Below are positions 57,203 to 64,000 of a stretch of 64,000 nucleotides of DNA, one piece after another. Location: contig NIVC01000538.1 of the NCBI GenBank assembly GCA_002269645.1, positions 62,001 through 126,000 on the forward strand, in the 5' to 3' direction. The notes beneath the pieces are model-generated. The model searched no databases. It saw only the letters and a list, made by a program, of their open reading frames with translations, and was not told the origin of the DNA. This stretch comes from Macrostomum lignano. Lineage: Eukaryota. How positions within the stretch are numbered: the stretch's first letter is position 1; every line of letters begins with the position of its first letter. The translations under genes were made by a program, and so were the position numbers.

Positions 57203-60200
57203 TTAAACAATATTGTCATCCCCGTTGCCATTGGAGCAGCTGAAGGCTGGAATTCGGTGCAGCTCAGCCTCCACCTTGGTGGATTCCTCCAGCTCCTGCA
57301 GCCGCTTGTGCCGGTAGATGCTCCACAGCTCGCAGGCCAGGTCCCCAGCCACGATGTCGCCGCAGTTCATCGCGATCAGGCGCAGGATGAACACGCCGTC
57401 CAGGCGCAGGTAGTGCTCAACGAACTTGCGGCTGGTGGTCTTGTCCGTCTCCTTCAGAGCGTTCATGATCTTCAGGTATTTGCGAACAAAACCAACACGG
57501 CGGCGGGCGAAGGCCAGACGGAAGAACCAGCTGATAAAGCTGGCGAGGGTGATAGCGCTGACCAGGATGTGCCAGAACCACAGGAACACGAAGATCTTCT
57601 CCAGGAACATGTTCAGCGGCAGCACGCACTGCAGAGTGTAGCTGCAAGTTCAATAGGAGCGCATTCTCAGGTACTGGCATATTGGATGAGATCCCCTGTT
57701 AGTCCAGGTGGGTCCTCAGGATCCTCCAGCTCAAACTCTTACAGTCCAGGTGGGTCCTCGGGATCCTCCAGCTCACTCTTTCAGTCCAGGTGGGTCCTCG
57801 GGATCCTCCAGCTCACTCTTACAGTCCAGGTGAGTCCTCAGGATCCTCCAGCTCACTCTTACAGTCCAGGTGAGTCCTCAGGATCCTCAAGCTCACTGCT
57901 CTTACAGTCCAGGTGAGTCCTCAGGATCCTCCAGCTCACTGCTCTTACAGTCCAGGTGAGTCCTCAGGATCCCAACTTGTTAAACCAGTTACCTGATGTA
58001 ACTTAGAAACAAAACGATGTTACAGCGTTTGCATCTTGATTACTAAGAAAGATTTTAACAAACAGGCTCTAATTAGATCCAAGTTACAAGGTATTCGACA
58101 CATTGTAGTTGGTTTATTGCCAGCTGTTATTAAGAAACAACCTTTGTTCAGTTAATTACACAAGCAACTGCAAGGGAGAATCTGCTCTCTGAGTTGATGG
58201 CATGTCAGCCACAGCTTTTAACAAAGACTTTTTGCTCATTAGCGCGACAAAAAACAAGCTGAGTTTTCGAAGAAACAATCAGGCAACCAACTGCTGATCC
58301 ATTGAACTCGCCCATTTTCTGCTTCATAAAAGCCTTGCATGCCCGTCTCGCATTTGGCACGCAAAGGTCGGATTTCGCGAGGCGCTGCGTGCGGCCAATT
58401 CATGGGAGTGGCTATAGTATAGTGGCCACGCCCCTGATGCTTCCACATCCTGTACGTTGTGCATTTATTTTCTATCAGTTCAATTAAAAATCGCTAGAAA
58501 CTGAATATTTGCCTTCTTGACAGCGGCTCGGCTGTCCCCTGGATACCCCGAAAGACTGTCACCTTGACAACGGCTAAACCATCTCCTTAACAACACAAAA
58601 GCCGTCTCCTTGACAAGTGATATATTCCGCCTAATTGACAAGTAACTCGTCTTCGTAACAACGGGTAAACTGTCTCCTTAGCGACGGATAGAACTACCTC
58701 CTTGGCGACGGGTAACTGTCTCCTTAGCGACGGATAGAACTACCTCCTTGGCGACGGGTAACTGTCTCCTTAGCGACGGATAAAACTACCTCCTTGGCGA
58801 CGGGTAACTGTCTCCTTAGCGACAGATAAAAGGTAACCTGTCCTTAGCGACGGATAAAACTACCTCCTTAGCAACGGGTAACCTGTCTTCTTAGCAATGA
58901 GTAAACTATCGCCTTGACAACAGAAAAACTGTCTCCTGGTCCTGGACAATCATACAAATGGTTTACTTGACAATTTGACAGCTATCACCTTATAAACACT
59001 TGTGATTACCGTAATGCAGTTGTCAATGGAAAATCAACTTTCCATCCGAATTCTTTAGCTACAAGGTCATTCGTCCTCGTTTTAGTAACGGGCAATGACC
59101 TCGAATCAAGTAATGCCGCACCCTGCACCCTCAGATATCTAGGAAGGAGCTGTGGTTTTTCGGATACTCCAGAGCCCCCGCTCCACTCACCTCCTCGTTT
59201 TAAGCACTCCCTGACCAAGCCTTCAATCATTGCGCAGGTAGAAAAATTATACTAGAATCTCTTCACAGACAGAGCGGGTCAAGCGCCTTCAACTTGAGGG
59301 TCGGGCAGGCTTATCGCTTGAAGTCACGAGGACTGAAGCTACTCGATGGCGATGAGTGGGGAGGGCGGTCCGATTCTGCCGTGCTGCGATTGTCTAGAGG
59401 CATTCGTTCGTTTAGACGGACTTACTGCATCCCCGCCTCCCCAGTGTCTCCCGTGCGTCTCCAGTGTCTCCCCCGCCTCCCCAGTGTCTCCCGTGCCTCT
59501 CCAGTGTCTCTCCGCCTCCCCAGTGTCTCCCCGCCTCTCCATTGTCTCCCCGCCTCTCTAGTGTCTCCCCGCCTCTCCAGTGTCTCCCCCACCTCCCCGT
59601 GTCTCCCCCGCCTCCCCAGTGTCTCCCCCGCCTCCCCAGTGTCCCCCCACCTCCCCGTGTCTTCCCCGCCTCCCCAGTGTCTCCCCCGCCTCCCCAGTGT
59701 CTCCCCGCCTCTCTAGTGTCTCCCCGCCTCTCTAGTGTCTCCCCGCCTCTCCAGTGTCTCCCCCACCTCCCCGTGTCTCCCCCGCCTCCCCAGTGTCTCC
59801 CCCGCCTCCCCAGTGTCTCCCCCGCCTCCCCAGTGTCTCCCCGCCTCTCTAGTGTCTCCCCGCCTCTCTAGTGTCTCCCCGCCTCTCCAGTGTCTCCCCC
59901 ACCTCCCCGTGTCTCCCCCGCCTCCCCAGTGTCTCCCCCGCCTCCCCAGTGTCTCCCCCACCTCCCCGTGTCTCCCCCGCCTCCCCAGTGTCTCCCCCGC
60001 CTCCCCAGTGTGCCCCACCTCCCCGTGTCTCCCCCGCCTCCCCAGTGTCTCCCCGCCTCCCAGTGTCTCCCCGCCTCTTCAGTGTCCCCCCCGCCTCCAC
60101 AGTGTCTCCCCGCCTCTTCAGTGTCCCCCCACCTCCCCGTGTCTCCCCCGCCTCCCCAGTGTCCCCCCACCTCCCCGTGTCTCCCCCGCCTCTTCAGTGT

Positions 60201-61804
60201 CTCCCCCACCTCCCCGTGTCTCCCCCGCCTCCCCAGTGTCTCCCCCACCTCCCAGTGTCTCCCCCACCTCCCCGTGTCTCCCCGCCTCCCCGGTGTCTCC
60301 CCGCCTCTTCAGTGTCTCCCGCGCCTCCCCCGTGTCTTCCCCGCCTCCCCTGTGCCTACCCCTGCGTCTCCCCCGCCTTTCAAGTGTGTCCAGCCGCTTC
60401 AGTGTCTCTCTTGCCTCCCCAGTGTCTCCCCCGCCTCCCCAGTGTCTCCCCCGACGCCCCGGAGTCTCTCTCGCTTCCCCGTGTTTCTCCCGCCTCCCCT
60501 GTCTCCTCCGCCTCTCCAGTCTCTCTTGCTTTTTTAAGTGTCCCTACTCGCTCAGTCCGATCTGTTGCTTCATTGTTTTTTCAGTCAACCTTCAGTCGGC
60601 CTGCAACTCTCTCACATTGTACTTGCAGTTGGCAAAACAGGCCAAACCAAAGCTGATTATTCCCCTCATTCACTCAGTTTGTGTTTCAACGTTGGAAATT
60701 CTCAAATGAGTCGTCAAATTCCGGGCTGTAAAAAGCTCTGCTATTCCGGCACGCACAGCCCCAACCCGCCAGGTAGGGGCGTCCCCGGTTATTCCTGAGG
60801 GTGCTCAAAGCAATCCCAACCAGCGCACTCCAGTGCCAGGTGAGCAAACATTAATAACATCGATAGATCTCGGCGTTGCGCACCCTGCCCTGCTGCTCAA
60901 GCCTGCACTCTGTTCGCACTTGCCTGCGTCAGCTGGTCTCTAGAGTAACTGGTTGTCATGGATACTGACTTAAAAATTAAATTGAATTTTGAATTCTATT
61001 TATAATTGAAAAGCTACCCGCAACAAATTGAATCGGAAAATTGGGTGAAGGGTGAACACCCAAAGTTCTCAGCCCTGTCGTATTTCACCTGGCATGCTTC
61101 AATTCAGTCTTATTGAGGCACAGAAAAACATCCTCACTGATAGTTCTGTCCTGTCTTCTTGGCCTGCAAGTCGCAGAAGGTGACTCTGGGAAAATTGGAT
61201 GACTGGTACCACTGCACCCCGTGAAACAGGTCTCGCAGCACCTGGAACCCGAAGAACGTGTACGTAGTGCCCACGAACTTCTCCATGAGGTAGAGCTGGC
61301 CGAACACGTTCAGCAGGTACAGCACTTTCACGAAGAAGTACAGCATGACCAAGAAGTTGCCGTAGCGCTTGCCGCAGCAGAGGCCGCCGCACTTGGTCAG
61401 GCAGTGCTTGAGCCTGACCCCGACTCCGCGCCGGTGCTCCCTCTGCCTGTAGATGCAGCCCTCCATGTACCTGGCCATGAACCTGACGTGCTTGCTGAGC
61501 ACCTCGGGTATCACCACATTGCCATCGGTAGCCATCTGGAGAATTTTGCGCACATTGAAGCCAGAGTAGTTCATGAATAGACGCCAGGTCAGGCAGGGCA
61601 GGTAGAACATCAGCGCCTGCACGGCTAGTACGATGGGAGCCCATTGGTAGTAGGTGACCATGCGCTTGCGTCGCATGTGCTCTGACGGCAGGTGTTCCGC
61701 TTGCACCGAGGCATAATAGGTGTTGGCCACCCAGCAGTAGTTCTCGGCGTACTCCTCCCAGCCTCGAGTGAACTCCTGCGGAATCCAGCACTGGATTGGC
61801 TTGC
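57203..61804 (-). CDS. inx: Innexin (gap-junction protein), last two coding exons; first exon not identified in the window
   Basis: Exons 61804-61138 and 57641-57203, with AG/GT sites and phases 1/2 consistent. Motifs GKPIQCW, YAENYCW, YYQWAPIVL..QALMFYLP, FPRVTFCD and YTLQCVLPLNMFLEKIF..WFW. Confidence 0.95.
57701..57971. repeat. 40-bp tandem repeat in innexin intron
   Basis: Unit AGTCCAGGTG(G/A)GTCCTC(A/G)GGATCCTCCAGCTCACTCTTAC, ~6.5 copies. Confidence 0.95.
58640..58910. repeat. 46-bp (2x23) tandem repeat in innexin intron
   Basis: Unit GTAACTGTCTCCTTAGCGACGGATAGAACTACCTCCTTGGCGACGG. Confidence 0.9.
59430..60490. repeat. C-rich 19-20-bp minisatellite in innexin intron
   Basis: Unit CCCC(G/A)CCTCCCC(A)GTGTCT. 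Confidence 0.96.
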
Positions 61805-61859
61805 CTGGCAAGGTGGAAGGTGCGAGCGGCGTGTTTATTGCGCAGCATGTCTGGGGTTC

Positions 61860-62630
61860 ATTACCTGACCATGCAGGTGTGCTGCATTTATAACCGTGTC
61901 TAATTGAAGATGACGCCTGGGATTTTATTACCTGGCCAGGTGTGCTGCATTTATAACCGTGTCTAATTGAAGATGACGCCTGGGATTTTATTACCTGGCC
62001 AGGTGTGCTGCATTTACAGCCGTGTCTAATTAAGGGTGAGGCCGGGGATTTTATTACCTGACCAGGTGTGCTGCATTTACAGCCGTGTCTAATTGAGGGT
62101 GAAGCTAATCAGGTAATCTTATTACCTGGCCAGGTGTGCTGCATTTACAACAGTTTCTAATTAAGGGTGAGGCCGGGGATTTTATTACCTGACCATGCAG
62201 GTGTGCTGCATTTACAGCCGTGTCTAATTGAGGGTGAAACCTGGGATTTTATTACCTGGCCATGCAGGTGCGCTGCATTTACATCCGTGTCTAATTTAGG
62301 GTGAGGCCTGGGATTTTATTACCTGGCCAGGTGTGCTACATTTTCATCCGTGTCTAATTTAGGGTGAGGCCTGGGATTTTATTACCTGACCAGGTGTGCT
62401 ACATTTTCATCCGTGTCTAATTTAGGGTGAGGCTTGGGATTTTATTACCTGGCCAGGTGTGCTACATTTGCATCCGTGTCTAATTTAGGGTGAGGCTTGG
62501 GATTTTATTACTTGGCCAGGTGTGCTACATTTGCATCCGTGTCTAATTTAGGGTGAGGCTTGGGATTTTATTACCTGGCCAGGTGTGCTACATTTGCATC
62601 CGTGTCTAATTTAGGGTGAGGCTTGGGATC
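61860..62630. repeat. ~58-62-bp tandem repeat upstream of the innexin 61804 acceptor
   Basis: Unit TTATTACCTGGCCAGGTGTGCT(G/A)CATTT..CCGTGTCTAATT.AGGGTGAGGC.TGGGATT, ~13 copies. Confidence 0.95.
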
Positions 62631-63064
62631 TTGTTCTTTTTTACGACTTTTTGTCTTAGTTTTCTCTCCGACCATGTCTAATTGTAGCTGTAGATGAGCT
62701 TGGCCTGAGAGAAGCTTCTCTAATACAAATGCTGCTCTGCTCTTCAAGTGCTTTGAGCAAAAAGCTGTCAAAACAGTTCCTGCTGCATCCTCATTAGATC
62801 CTACGCGATGACTGTTTACGTCTCATCTTGCAGTGCTGGATGCAAAGCTGCACCTGAAAAAGTGGGCGTCACCGAGCTCTTTCAGTCCTGGCATGAATTC
62901 ACCACTCAGTGAATTGACACGGTCCAACCGTTTGCCTCTGCTTGCATCTCTCAGCCTTTGCTTTTTCATTGTTTTGCCTCGTCTCCTTGAGATTTTTTCA
63001 ATGGGTTGCTTTTCCATTTTTATTTGTCATAACTCTCGCAGGTTGCACTTTGTGTGTTATCTGC

Positions 63065-63068
63065 CTGC

Positions 63069-63155
<87 letters not shown>

Positions 63156-63156
63156 G

Positions 63157-63191
<35 letters not shown>

Positions 63192-63279
63192 GTGTCTGTC
63201 TGTCTGTGTGTCTGTCTTTTTGTGTGTCTGTCTGTCTGTCTGCCTGCTGTCTGTCTGTGTGTCTGTCTGTCTGTCTGTG

Positions 63280-63352
<73 letters not shown>

Positions 63353-63395
63353 GCCTGCTGTCTGTCTGTGTGTCTGTCTGTCTGTCTGTCTGTCT
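63065..63395. repeat. (CTGT)n microsatellite
   Basis: Seen directly in the sequence. Confidence 0.97.
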
Positions 63396-64000
63396 GGCCT
63401 GAGCCTTCGTAAACAACAAAATTGCTAATTGTGTACCTCCTACGCGCAACTCCCACCAGGCAGCAGATTATAAAAGTGCACTACGTCGTATCCCAGGTGA
63501 ATGAATCACACAGCGGAGCAAATGATGAACGCTGCGGAGTCAGTCGCAGCCAACTTGTCGAAGGCGATGAAGCGAAAATGAGTGAGTCCGCGCAGAATCC
63601 GATAGACAGTGAGGCGGGAAAGATTTTTCAAGGCCGCAAAGAACTGCTCATGCTCATAAATATTTTGCTGTCCAGGTGAGCGGGGTGACAGTGTAAAGCC
63701 ATTCCCCGTGGCTGCCTTATTTGCATAATTCATTCCAGTCTCAAGGTAACTCGCAGGTGAAGGTCGAGCTGGGCCTTGGCGGAGAAAATTGATAATCAGT
63801 CGGTTCTGTTTGGGATGACTGGCTGGCTGTAGGAAGCGGCAACCAGCTTGACGTTGCATCCCGGATCCCCAGGTAGTTGCATCGTGTTCTTCCCCATCAC
63901 ATTTTTAATCACTTGCTCAGCGGGTCATTAGGCCCGGAATCGACTTGTGGAATTGAGCGCGTCACGAACTCACTTGAAGGGGGCGCAGGTATCGGGGAGG

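Noticed and set aside
59294-60709. Pro-rich extensin-like ORFs; also the LSVC/RQTD ORFs at 50071-50741 and 62833-63456
   Set aside because: These are translations of mini/microsatellites, open in several frames.
63506-63859. Candidate first innexin exon
   Set aside because: It lacks the DD..DRLN/TM1/QYVG pattern and has no phase-1 donor after such a motif. The first exon is probably outside the window.

Overview
Eukaryotic (metazoan) genomic DNA. The mix of GC-rich exons, satellite-filled introns and (CTGT)n tracts suggests a repeat-rich invertebrate such as a free-living flatworm, but this is inference only. The first ~46 kb is a dense, nested transposon graveyard. It holds five mariner pieces, three piggyBac pieces (one full length with TTAA TSDs), several Ty3/Gypsy pol remnants, a Copia 3' end, RTE-like and LOA-like LINEs, a MULE, a Harbinger-type derivative with intact TIRs/TSD, a small non-autonomous LTR element with LTRs, PBS and PPT, a Crypton-like recombinase remnant and a Polinton-like relic. 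It also holds a large CACTA/EnSpm-type element carrying a BEN-domain gene and extra cargo ORFs. The last ~18 kb holds two host genes: a 14-exon aldehyde-oxidase/xanthine-dehydrogenase-family gene (+, 46666-56460, one 1-bp frameshift, non-XDH substrate pocket) and the last two exons of an innexin (-, 57203-61804). Most of their larger introns are filled with tandem repeats. No rRNA, tRNA or CRISPR array was found. All calls come from motif recognition and manual translation; no database searches were run.
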